Part shown: piece after piece, positions 1-12,600 of the stretch | Numbering within the stretch: the stretch's first letter is position 1 | Layout: each line of letters begins with the position of its first letter | Assembly: GCF_009914755.1 (NCBI RefSeq) | Contig: NC_060942.1 | Length of the DNA: 64,000 nt | Source: the human T2T-CHM13v2.0 reference genome, Homo sapiens | Reading direction: 5' to 3' (one strand) | Notes under the pieces: model-generated | Told to the model about the DNA's origin: nothing | What the model saw: only the letters and a program-made list of their open reading frames with translations | Database searches by the model: none | Translations under genes and position numbers: made by a program

Positions 1-2242
1 AAACGGGATTACATATAAAAAGCAGACAGCAGCATTCTCAGAAAGTTCTTTGTGATGATTGCATTCAAGTCACAGAATTGAACATTCCCTTTCACAGAGC
101 AGGTTTGAAACACTCTTTTTGTAGTGTGTGTAAGTGGACATTTGGAGCACTTTCCGGCCTAAGGTGAAAAAGGAAATATCTTCCCATAAAAACTAGACAG
201 AAGCACTCTCAGAAACTTACTCGTGATGTGTGTCCTCAACTAAAGGAGTAGAACCTTTCTTTTCATAGAGAAGTTTTGAAACGCTCTTTTTGTGGAATCT
301 GCAAGTGGATATTTGGCTAGTTTTGAGGATTTCGTTGGAAGCGGGAATTCATACAAATTGCAGACTGCAGCGTTCTGAGAAACATCTTTGTGATGTTTGT
401 ATTCAGGACACAGAGTTGAACATTCCCTATCATAGAGCAGGTTTGAATCACTCCTTTTGTAGTATCTGGAAGTGGACATTTGGAGCGCTTTCAGGCCTAT
501 GTTGGAAAAGGAAATATCTTCCCATAACAACTAGACAGAAGCATTCTCAGAAACTTATTTGAGATGTGTGTACTCAACTAAGAGAATTGAACCACCGTTT
601 TGAAGGAGCAGTTTTGAAACACTCTTTTTCTGGAATCTGCAAGTGGATATTTGGCTAGCTTTGGGGATTTCGCTGGAAGCGGGAATACATATAAAAAGCA
701 CACAGCAGCGTTCTGAGAAACTGCTTTCTGATGTTTGCATTCAAGTCAAAAGTTGAACACTCCCTTTCATAGAGCAGTCCTGAAACACTCCTTTTGTAGT
801 ATCTGGAACTGGACTTTTGGAGCGCTTTCAGGGCTAAGGTGAAAAAGGAAATATCTTCCCATAAAAACTGGACAGAAGCATTCTCAGAAACTTGTTTATG
901 CTGTATCTACTCAACTAACAAAGTTGAACCTTTCTTTTGATAGAGCAGTTTTGAAATGCTCTTTTTGTGGAATCTGCAAGTGGATATTTGGCTAGTTTTG
1001 AGGATTTCGCTGGAAGCGGGAATTCATACAAATTGCAGACTGCAGCGTTCTGAGAAACATCTTTGTGATGTTTGTATTCAGGACAGAGAGTTGAACATTC
1101 CCTATCATAGAGCAGGTTGGAATCACTCCTTTTGTAGTATCTGGAAGTGGACATTTGGAGCGCTTTCAGGCCTATGTTGAAAAAGGAAATATCTTCCCAT
1201 AACAACTAGACACAAGCATTCTCAGAAACTTGTTTGTGATGTGTGCCCTCTAGTGACAGAGTTGAACCTTTCTTTTCATAGAGCAGTTTTGAAACACTCT
1301 TTTTGTAGAATCTGCAAGAGGATATTTGCATAGCTTTGAGGATTTCGTGGGAAACGGGATTGTCTTCAGGTAAAATCTAGACAGAAGCATTCTCAGAAAC
1401 TTCTTTGGGATGTTTGCATTCAAGTCACAGAGTAGAACATTCCCTTTGGTAGAGCAGGTTTGAAACACTCTTTTTGTAGTATCTGGAAGTGGACATTTGG
1501 AGCGCTTTCAGGCCTATGTTGGAAAGGGAAATATCTTCCCGTAACAACTAGGCAGAAGCATTCTCAGAAACTTATTTGAGATGTGTGTACTCAACTAAGA
1601 GAATTGAACCACCGTTTTGAAGGAGCAGTTTTGAAACACTCTTTTTCTGGAATCTGCAAGAGGATATTTGCCTAGCCTTGAGGATTTCGTTGGAAACGGG
1701 ATTGTCTTCAGATCAAATCTAGACAGAAGCATTCTCAGAAACTTCTTTGGGATGTTTGCATTCAAGTCACAGAGTAGAACATTCCCTTTGGTAGAGCAGG
1801 TTTGAAACACTCTTTTTGTAGTATCTGGAAGTGGACATTTGGAGCGCTTTCAGGCCTATGTTGGAAAGGGAAATATCTTCCCGTAACAACTAGGCAGAAG
1901 CATTCTCAGAAACTTATTTGAGATGTGTGTACTCAACTAAGAGAATTGAACCACCGTTTTGAAGGAGCAGTTTTGAAACACTCTTTTTCTGGAATCTGCA
2001 AGAGGATATTTGCCTAGCCTTGAGGATTTCGTTGGAAACGGGATTGTCTTCAGATCAAATCTAGACAGAAGCATTCTCAGAAACTTCTTTGGGATGTTTG
2101 CATTCAAGTCACAGAGTAGAACATTCCCTTTGGTTGAGCAGGTTTGAAACACTCTTTTTTTAGTATATGGAAGTGGACATTTGGAGCGCTTTCAGGTCTA
2201 CGTTGGAAAAGGAAATATCTTCCCATAACAACTAGACAGAAG
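1..2242 (+). repeat. 14-mer HOR variant (5' end cut by window), carrying a duplicated m10-m11 dimer
   Basis: 342 bp direct duplication, 1388-1729 / 1730-2071. ORF spacing 240 to 2617 = 2377 bp = 2035 + 342. Confidence 0.92.
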
Positions 2243-2368
2243 CATTCTCAGAAACTAGTTTCTGATGTGTGTCCTCAACTAACACAGTTGAACATTTCTT
2301 TAGACAGAACAGTTTTGAAACACTCTTTTTGTGGAATCTGCAAGTGGCTATTTGGCTAGATTTGAGGA

Positions 2369-4078
2369 TTTCGTTGGAAACGGGATTACATATAAAAAGC
2401 AGACAGCAGCATTCTCAGAAAGTTCTTTGTGATGATTGCATTCAAGTCACAGAATTGAACATTCCCTTTCACAGAGCAGGTTTGAAACACTCTTTTTGTA
2501 GTGTGTGTAAGTGGACATTTGGAGCACTTTCCGGCCTAAGGTGAAAAAGGAAATATCTTCCCATAAAAACTAGACAGAAGCACTCTCAGAAACTTACTCG
2601 TGATGTGTGTCCTCAACTAAAGGAGTAGAACCTTTCTTTTCATAGAGAAGTTTTGAAACGCTCTTTTTGTGGAATCTGCAAGTGGATATTTGGCTAGTTT
2701 TGAGGATTTCGTTGGAAGCGGGAATTCATACAAATTGCAGACTGCAGCGTTCTGAGAAACATCTTTGTGATGTTTGTATTCAGGACACAGAGTTGAACAT
2801 TCCCTATCATCGAGCAGGTTTGAATCACTCCTTTTGTAGTATCTGGAAGTGGACATTTGGAGCGCTTTCAGGCCTATGTTGGAAAAGGAAATATCTTCCC
2901 ATAACAACTAGACAGAAGCATTCTCAGAAACTTATTTGAGATGTGTGTACTCAACTAAGAGAATTGAACCACCGTTTTGAAGGAGCAGTTTTGAAACACT
3001 CTTTTTCTGGAATCTGCAAGTGGATATTTGGCTAGCTTTGGGGATTTCGCTGGAAGCGGGAATACATATAAAAAGCACACAGCAGCGTTCTGAGAAACTG
3101 CTTTCTGATGTTTGCATTCAAGTCAAAAGTTGAACACTCCCTTTCATAGAGCAGTCCTGAAACACTCCTTTTGTAGTATCTGGAACTGGACTTTTGGAGC
3201 GCTTTCAGGGCTAAGGTGAAAAAGGAAATATCTTCCCATAAAAACTGGACAGAAGCATTCTCAGAAACTTGTTTATGCTGTATCTACTCAACTAACAAAG
3301 TTGAACCTTTCTTTTGATAGAGCAGTTTTGAAATGCTCTTTTTGTGGAATCTGCAAGTGGATATTTGGCTAGTTTTGAGGATTTCGTTGGAAGCGGGAAT
3401 TCATACAAATTGCAGACTGCAGCGTTCTGAGAAACACCTTTGTGATGTTTGTATTCAGGACAGAGAGTTGAACATTCCCTATCATAGAGCAGGTTGGAAT
3501 CACTCCTTTTGTAGTATCTGGAAGTGGACATTTGGAGCGCTTTCAGGCCTATGTTGAAAAAGGAAATATCTTCCCATAACAACTAGACACAAGCATTCTC
3601 AGAAACTTGTTTGTGATGTGTGCCCTCTACTGACAGAGTTGAACCTTTCTTTTCATAGAGCAGTTTTGAAACACTCTTTTTGTAGAATCTGCAAGAGGAT
3701 ATTTGCATAGCTTTGAGGATTTCGTGGGAAACGGGATTGTCTTCAGGTAAAATCTAGACAGAAGCATTCTCAGAAACTTCTTTGGGATGTTTGCATTCAA
3801 GTCACAGAGTAGAACATTCCCTTTGGTAGAGCAGGTTTGAAACACTCTTTTTGTAGTATCTGGAAGTGGACATTTGGAGCGCTTTCAGGCCCATGTTGGA
3901 AAGGGAAATATCTTCCCGTAACAACTAGGCAGAAGCATTCTCAGAAACTTATTTGAGATGTGTGTACTCAACTAAGAGAATTGAACCACCGTTTTGAAGG
4001 AGCAGTTTTGAAACACTCTTTTTCTGGAATCTGCAAGAGGATATTTGCCTAGCTTTGAGGATTTCGTTGGAAACGGGA
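2369..4078 (+). promoter_or_regulatory. Six CENP-B boxes of one HOR unit (pattern repeats through the window, about one per 340 bp)
   Basis: 17-bp boxes at 2369 (tttcgttggaaacggga), 2707 (tttcgttggaagcggga), 3045 (tttcgctggaagcggga), 3382, 3720 (tttcgtgggaaacggga) and 4062. All keep the nine essential bases of NTTCGNNNNANNCGGGN. Confidence 0.95.
2536..2552 (+). other. pJalpha-like motif of A-type monomer (example; equivalents in the even monomers)
   Basis: ctaaggtgaaaaaggaa is close to the reverse complement of the pJalpha consensus TTCCTTTTYCACCRTAG and sits at the position homologous to the CENP-B box. Confidence 0.7.
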
Positions 4079-4277
4079 TTGTCTTCAGATCAAATCTAGA
4101 CAGAAGCATTCTCAGAAACTTCTTTGGGATGTTTGCATTCAAGTCACAGAGTAGAACATTCCCTTTGGTAGAGCAGGTTTGAAACACTCTTTTTTTAGTA
4201 TATGGAAGTGGACATTTGGAGCGCTTTCAGGCCTACGTTGGAAAAGGAAATATCTTCCCATAACAATTAGACAGAAG

Positions 4278-6654
4278 CATTCTCAGAAACTAGTTTCTGA
4301 TGTGTGTCCTCAACTAACACAGTTGAACATTTCTTTAGACAGAACAGTTTTGAAACTCTCTTTTTGTGGAATCTGCAAGTGGCTATTTGGCTAGATTTGA
4401 GGATTTCGTTGGAAACGGGATTACATATAAAAAGCAGACAGCAGCATTCTCAGAACGTTCTTTGTGATGATTGCATTCAAGTCACAGAATTGAACATTCC
4501 CTTTCACAGAGCAGGTTTGAAACACTCTTTTTGTAGTGTGTGTAAGTGGACATTTGGAGCACTTTCCGGCCTAAGGTGAAAAAGGAAATATCTTCCCATA
4601 AAAACTAGACAGAAGCATTCTCAGAAACTTACTCGTGATGTGTGTCCTCAACTAAAGGAGTAGAACCTTTCTTTTCATAGAGAAGTTTTGAAACGCTCTT
4701 TTTGTGGAATCTGCAAGTGGATATTTGGCTAGTTTGGAGGATTTCGTTGGAAGCGAGAATTCATACAAATTGCAGACTGCAGCGTTCTGAGAAACATCTT
4801 TGTGATGTTTGTATTCAGGACACAGAGTTGAACATTCCCTATCATAGAGCAGGTTGGAATCACTCCTTTTGTAGTATCTGGAAGTGGACATTTGGAGCGC
4901 TTTCAGGCCTATGTTGGAAAAGGAAATATCTTCCCATAACAACTAGACAGAAGCATTCTCAGAAACTTATTTGAGATGTGTGTACTCAACTAAGAGAATT
5001 GAACCACCGTTTTGAAGGAGCAGTTTTGAAACACTCTTTTTCTGGAATCTGCAAGTGGATATTTGGCTAGCTTTGGGGATTTCGCTGGAAGCGGGAATAC
5101 ATATAAAAAGCACACAGCAGCGTTCTGAGAAACTGCTTTCTGATGTTTGCATTCAAGTCAAAAGTTGAACACTCCCATTTATAGAGCAGTCCTGAAACAC
5201 TCCTTTTGTAGTATCTGGAACTGGACTTTTGGAGCGCTTTCAGGGCTAAGGTGAAAAAGGAAATATCTTCCCATAAAAACTGGACAGAAGCATTCTCAGA
5301 AACTTGTTTATGCTGTATCTACTCAACTAACAAAGTTGAACCTTTCTTTTGATAGAGCAGTTTTGAAATGCTCTTTTTGTGGAATCTGCAAGTGGATATT
5401 TGGCTAGTTTTGAGGATTTCGCTGGAAGCGGGAATTCATACAAATTGCAGACTGCAGCGTTCTGAGAAACATCTTTGTGATGTTTGTATTCAGGACAGAG
5501 AGTTGAACATTCCCTATCATAGAGCAGGTTGGAATCACTCCTTTTGTAGTATCTGGAAGTGGACATTTGGAGCGCTTTCAGGCCTATGTTGAAAAAGGAA
5601 ATATCTTCCCATAACAACTAGACACAAGCATTCTCAGAAACTTGTTTGTGATGTGTGCCCTCTAGTGACAGAGTTGAACCTTTCTTTTCATAGAGCAGTT
5701 TTGAAACACTCTTTTTGTAGAATCTGCAAGAGGATATTTGCATAGCTTTGAGGATTTCGTGGGAAACGGGATTGTCTTCAGGTAAAATCTAGACAGAAGC
5801 ATTCTCAGAAACTTCTTTGGGATGTTTGCATTCAAGTCACAGAGTAGAACATTCCCTTTGGTAGAGCAGGTTTGAAACACTCTTTTTGTAGTATCTGGAA
5901 GTGGACATTTGGAGCGCTTTCAGGCCTATGTTGGAAAGGGAAATATCTTCCCGTAACAACTAGGCAGAAGCATTCTCAGAAACTTATTTGAGATGTGTGT
6001 ACTCAACTAAGAGAATTGAACCACCGTTTTGAAGGAGCAGTTTTGAAACACTCTTTTTCTGGAATCTGCAAGAGGATATTTGCCTAGCCTTGAGGATTTC
6101 GTTGGAAACGGGATTGTCTTCAGATCAAATCTAGACAGAAGCATTCTCAGAAACTTCTTTGGGATGTTTGCATTCAAGTCACAGAGTAGAACATTCCCTT
6201 TGGTAGAGCAGGTTTGAAACACTCTTTTTGTAGTATCTGGAAGTGGACATTTGGAGCGCTTTCAGGCCTATGTTGGAAAGGGAAATATCTTCCCGTAACA
6301 ACTAGGCAGAAGCATTCTCAGAAACTTATTTGAGATGTGTGTACTCAACTAAGAGAATTGAACCACCGTTTTGAAGGAGCAGTTTTGAAACACTCTTTTT
6401 CTGGAATCTGCAAGAGGATATTTGCCTAGCCTTGAGGATTTCGTTGGAAACGGGATTGTCTTCATATCAAATCTAGACAGAAGCATTCTCAGAAACTTCT
6501 TTGGGATGTTTGCATTCAAGTCACAGAGTAGAACATTCCCTTTGGTTGAGCAGGTTTGAAACACTCTTTTTTTAGTATATGGAAGTGGACATTTGGAGCG
6601 CTTTCAGGTCTACGTTGGAAAAGGAAATATCTTCCCATAACAACTAGACAGAAG
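4278..6654 (+). repeat. 14-mer HOR variant (2377 bp), duplicated m10-m11 dimer
   Basis: Duplicated dimer 5800-6141 / 6142-6483. ORF pair 6007/6349 is 342 bp apart; unit spacing 4304 to 6681 = 2377. Confidence 0.93.
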
Positions 6655-9600
6655 CATTCTCAGAAACTAGTTTCTGATGTGTGTCCTCAACTAACACAGT
6701 TGAACATTTCTTTAGACAGAACAGTTTTGAAACACTCTTTTTGTGGAATCTGCAAGTGGCTATTTGGCTAGATTTGAGGATTTCGTTGGAAACGGGATTA
6801 CATATAAAAAGCAGACAGCAGCATTCTCAGAAAGTTCTTTGTGATGATTGCATTCAAGTCACAGAATTGAACATTCCCTTTCACAGAGCAGGTTTGAAAC
6901 ACTCTTTTTGTAGTGTGTGTAAGTGGACATTTGGAGCACTTTCCGGCCTAAGGTGAAAAAGGAAATATCTTCCCATAAAAACTAGACAGAAGCACTCTCA
7001 GAAACTTACTCGTGATGTGTGTCCTCAACTAAAGGAGTAGAACCTTTCTTTTCATAGAGAAGTTTTGAAACGCTCTTTTTGTGGAATCTGCAAGTGGATA
7101 TTTGGCTAGTTTTGAGGATTTCGTTGGAAGCGGGAATTCATACAAATTGCAGACTGCAGCGTTCTGAGAAACATCTTTGTGATGTTTGTATTCAGGACAC
7201 AGAGTTGAACATTCCCTATCATAGAGCAGGTTTGAATCACTCCTTTTGTAGTATCTGGAAGTGGACATTTGGAGCGCTTTCAGGCCTATGTTGGAAAAGG
7301 AAATATCTTCCCATAACAACTAGACAGAAGCATTCTCAGAAACTTATTTGAGATGTGTGTACTCAACTAAGAGAATTGAACCACCGTTTTGAAGGAGCAG
7401 TTTTGAAACACTCTTTTTCTGGAATCTGCAAGTGGATATTTGGCTAGCTTTGGGGATTTCGCTGGAAGCGGGAATACATATAAAAAGCACACAGCAGCGT
7501 TCTGAGAAACTGCTTTCTGATGTTTGCATTCAAGTCAAAAGTTGAACACTCCCTTTCATAGAGCAGTCCTGAAACACTCCTTTTGTAGTATCTGGAACTG
7601 GACTTTTGGAGCGCTTTCAGGGCTAAGGTGAAAAAGGAAATATCTTCCCATAAAAACTGGACAGAAGCATTCTCAGAAACTTGTTTATGCTGTATCTACT
7701 CAACTAACAAAGTTGAACCTTTCTTTTGATAGAGCAGTTTTGAAATGCTCTTTTTGTGGAATCTGCAAGTGGATATTTGGCTAGTTTTGAGGATTTCGTT
7801 GGAAGCGGGAATTCATACAAATTGCAGACTGCAGCGTTCTGAGAAACATCTTTGTGATGTTTGTATTCAGGACAGAGAGTTGAACATTCCCTATCATAGA
7901 GCAGGTTGGAATCACTCCTTTTGTAGTATCTGGAAGTGGATATTTGGAGCGCTTTCAGGCCTATGTTGAAAAAGGAAATATCTTCCCATAACAACTAGAC
8001 ACAAGCATTCTCAGAAACTTGTTTGTGATGTGTGCCCTCTACTGACAGAGTTGAACCTTTCTTTTCATAGAGCAGTTTTGAAACACTCTTTTTGTAGAAT
8101 CTGCAAGAGGATATTTACATAGCTTTGAGGATTTCGTGGGAAACGGGATTGTCTTCAGGTAAAATCTAGACAGAAGCATTCTCAGAAACTTCTTTGGGAT
8201 GTTTGCATTCAAGTCACAGAGTAGAACATTCCCTTTGGTAGAGCAGGTTTGAAACACTCTTTTTATAGTATCTGGAAGTGGACATTTGGAGCGCTTTCAG
8301 GCCTATGTTGGAAAGGGAAATATCTTCCCGTAACAACTAGGCAGAAGCATTCTCAGAAACTTATTGGAGATGTGTGTACTCAACTAAGAGAATTGAACCA
8401 CCGTTTTGAAGGAGCAGTTTTGAAACACTCTTTTTCTGGAATCTGCAAGAGGATATTTGCCTAGCTTTGAGGATTTCGTTGGAAACGGGATTGTCTTCAG
8501 ATCAAATCTAGACAGAAGCATTCTCAGAAACTTCTTTGGGATGTTTGCATTCAAGTCACAGAGTAGAACATTCCCTTTGGTAGAGCAGGTTTGAAACACT
8601 CTTTTTTTAGTATATGGAAGTGGACATTTGGAGCGCTTTCAGGCCTACGTTGGAAAAGGAAATATCTTCCCATAACAATTAGACAGAAGCATTCTCAGAA
8701 ACTAGTTTCTGATGTGTGTCCTCAACTAACACAGTTGAACATTTCTTTAGACAGAACAGTTTTGAAACTCTCTTTTTGTGGAATCTGCAAGTGGCTATTT
8801 GGCTAGATTTGAGGATTTCGTTGGAAACGGGATTACATATAAAAAGCAGACAGCAGCATTCTCAGAACGTTCTTTGTGATGATTGCATTCAAGTCACAGA
8901 ATTGAACATTCCCTTTCACAGAGCAGGTTTGAAACACTCTTTTTGTAGTGTGTGTAAGTGGACATTTGGAGCACTTTCCGGCCTAAGGTGAAAAAGGAAA
9001 TATCTTCCCATAAAAACTAGACAGAAGCATTCTCAGAAACTTACTCGTGATGTGTGTCCTCAACTAAAGGAGTAGAACCTTTCTTTTCATAGAGAAGTTT
9101 TGAAACGCTCTTTTTGTGGAATCTGCAAGTGGATATTTGGCTAGTTTGGAGGATTTCGTTGGAAGCGGGAATTCATACAAATTGCAGACTGCAGCGTTCT
9201 GAGAAACATCTTTGTGATGTTTGTATTCAGGACACAGAGTTGAACATTCCCTATCATAGAGCAGGTTTGAATCACTCCTTTTGTAGTATCTGGAAGTGGA
9301 CATTTGGAGCGCTTTCAGGCCTATGTTGGAAAAGGAAATATCTTCCCATAACAACTAGACAGAAGCATTCTCAGAAACTTATTTGAGATGTGTGTACTCA
9401 ACTAAGAGAATTGAACCACCGTTTTGAAGGAGCAGTTTTGAAACACTCTTTTTCTGGAATCTGCAAGTGGATATTTGGCTAGCTTTGGGGATTTCGCTGG
9501 AAGCGGGAATACATATAAAAAGCACACAGCAGCGTTCTGAGAAACTGCTTTCTGATGTTTGCATTCAAGTCAAAAGTTGAACACTCCCTTTCATAGTGCA

Positions 9601-12600
9601 GTCCTGAAACACTCCTTTTGTAGTATCTGGAACTGGACTTTTGGAGCGCTTTCAGGGCTAAGGTGAAAAAGGAAATATCTTCCCATAAAAACTGGACAGA
9701 AGCATTCTCAGAAACTTGTTTATGCTGTATCTACTCAACTAACAAAGTTGAACCTTTCTTTTGATAGAGCAGTTTTGAAATGCTCTTTTTGTGGAATCTG
9801 CAAGTGGATATTTGGCTAGTTTTGAGGATTTCGTTGGAAGCGGGAATTCATACAAATTGCAGACTGCAGCGTTCTGAGAAACATCTTTGTGATGTTTGTA
9901 TTCAGGACAGAGAGTTGAACATTCCCTATCATAGAGCAGGTTGGAATCACTCCTTTTGTAGTATCTGGAAGTGGACATTTGGAGCACTTTCCGGCCTAAG
10001 GTGAAAAAGGAAATATCTTCCCATAACAACTAGACACAAGCATTCTCAGAAACTTACTCGTGATGTGTGTCCTCCACTAAATGAGTAGAACCTTTCTTTT
10101 CATAGAGAAGTTTTGAAACGCTCTTTTTGTAGAATCTGCAAGAGGATATTTGCATAGCTTTGAGGATTTCGTGGGAAACGGGATTGTCTTCAGGTAAAAT
10201 CTAGACAGAAGCATTCTCAGAAACTTCTTTGGGATGTTTGCATTCAAGTCACAGAGTAGAACATTCCCTTTGGTAGAGCAGGTTTGAAACACTCTTTTTA
10301 TAGTATCTGGAAGTGGACATTTGGAGTGCTTTCAGGCCTATGTTGGAAAGGGAAATATCTTCCCGTAACAACTAGGCAGAAGCATTCTCAGAAACTTATT
10401 TGAGATGTGTGTACTCAACTAAGAGAATTGAACCACCGTTTTGAAGGAGCAGTTTTGAAACACTCTTTTTCTGGAATCTGCAAGAGGATATTTGCCTAGC
10501 TTTGAGGATTTCGTTGGAAACGGGATTGTCTTCAGATCAAATCTAGACAGAAGCATTCTCAGAAACTTCTTTGGGATGTTTGCATTCAAGTCACAGAGTA
10601 GAACATTCCCTTTGGTAGAGCAGGTTTGAAACACTCTTTTTTTAGTATATGGAAGTGGACATTTGGAGCGCTTTCAGGCCTACGTTGGAAAAGGAAATAT
10701 CTTCCCATAACAATTAGACAGAAGCATTCTCAGAAACTAGTTTCTGATGTGTGTCCTCAACTAACACAGTTGAACATTTCTTTAGACAGAACAGTTTTGA
10801 AACTCTCTTTTTGTGGAATCTGCAAGTGGCTATTTGGCTAGATTTGAGGATTTCGTTGGAAACGGGATTACATATAAAAAGCAGACAGCAGCATTCTCAG
10901 AACGTTCTTTGTGATGATTGCATTCAAGTCACAGAATTGAACATTCCCTTTCACAGAGCAGGTTTGAAACACTCTTTTTGTAGTGTGTGTAAGTGGACAT
11001 TTGGAGCACTTTCCGGCCTAAGGTGAAAAAGGAAATATCTTCCCATAAAAACTAGACAGAAGCATTCTCAGAAACTTACTCGTGATGTGTGTCCTCAACT
11101 AAAGGAGTAGAACCTTTCTTTTCATAGAGAAGTTTTGAAACGCTCTTTTTGTGGAATCTGCAAGTGGATATTTGGCTAGTTTTGAGGATTTCGTTGGAAG
11201 TGGGAATTCATACAAATTGCAGACTGCAGCGTTCTGAGAAACATCTTTGTGATGTTTGTATTCAGGACACAGAGTTGAACATTCCCTATCATAGAGCAGG
11301 TTTGAATCATTCCTTTTGTAGTATCTGGAAGTGGACATTTGGAGCGCTTTCAGGCCTATGTTGGAAAAGGAAATATCTTCCCATAACAACTAGACAGAAG
11401 CATTCTCAGAAACTTATTTGAGATGTGTGTACTCAACTAAGAGAATTGAACCACCGTTTTGAAGGAGCAGTTTTGAAACACTCTTTTTCTGGAGTCTGCA
11501 AGTGGATATTTGGCTAGCTTTGGGGATTTCGCTGGAAGCGGGAATACATATAAAAAGCACACAGCAGCGTTCTGAGAAACTGCTTTCTGATGTTTGCATT
11601 CAAGTCAAAAGTTGAACACTCCCTTTCATAGAGCAGTCCTGAAACACTCCTTTTGTAGTATCTGGAACTGGACTTTTGGAGCGCTTTCAAGGCTAAGGTG
11701 AAAAAGGAAATATCTTCCCATAAAAACTGGACAGAAGCATTCTCAGAAACTTGTTTATGCTGTATCTACTCAACTAACAAAGTTGAACCTTTCTTTTGAT
11801 AGAGCAGTTTTGAAATGCTCTTTTTGTGGAATCTGCAAGTGGATATTTGGCTAGTTTTGAGGATTTCGTTGGAAGCGGGAATTCATACAAATTGCAGACT
11901 GCAGCGTTCTGAGAAACATCTTTGTGATGTTTGTATTCAGGACAGAGAGTTGAACATTCCCTATCATAGAGCAGGTTGGAATCACTCCTTTTGTAGTATC
12001 TGGAAGTGGACATTTGGAGCGCTTTCAGGCCTATGTTGAAAAAGGAAATATCTTCCCATAACAACTAGACACAAGCATTCTCAGAAACTTGTTTGTGATG
12101 TGTGCCCTCTACTGACAGAGTTGAACCTTTCTTTTCATAGAGCAGTTTTGAAACACTCTTTTTGTAGAATCTGCAAGAGGATATTTGCATAGCTTTGAGG
12201 ATTTCGTGGGAAACGGGATTGTCTTCAGGTAAAATCTAGACAGAAGCATTCTCAGAAACTTCTTTGGGATGTTTGCATTCAAGTCACAGAGTAGAACATT
12301 CCCTTTGGTAGAGCAGGTTTGAAACACTCTTTTTTTAGTATCTGGAAGTGGACATTTGGAGCGCTTTCAGGCCTATGTTGGAAAGGGAAATATCTTCCCG
12401 TAACAACTAGGCAGAAGCATTCTCAGAAACTTATTGGAGATGTGTGTACTCAACTAAGAGAATTGAACCACCGTTTTGAAGGAGCAGTTTTGAAACACTC
12501 TTTTTCTGGAATCTGCAAGAGGATATTTGCCTAGCCTTGAGGATTTCGTTGGAAACGGGATTGTCTTCAGATCAAATCTAGACAGAAGCATTCTCAGAAA

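Larger units (their letters stand above)
2243..4277 (+). repeat. Reference canonical 12-mer HOR unit (2035 bp)
   Basis: Monomer starts: 2243, 2410, 2581, 2748, 2919, 3086, 3256, 3423, 3594, 3765, 3936, 4107. Lengths 167,171,167,171,167,170,167,171,171,171,171,171 sum to 2035. EcoRI (gaattc) at 2722 and 3397, next at 4757, giving 675 + 1360 bp. Confidence 0.93.

Noticed and set aside
11-22. TATA-like tataaaaa after the CENP-B box in m1 and m5
   Set aside because: It is an AT-rich repeat motif present in essentially every unit, with no independent evidence of promoter activity from sequence alone.
1020-2727. 1702-bp EcoRI fragment suggesting a separate 10-mer array (D18Z2-like size)
   Set aside because: It is the 1360-bp fragment plus the 342-bp dimer duplication of the 14-mer variant, built from the same monomers.
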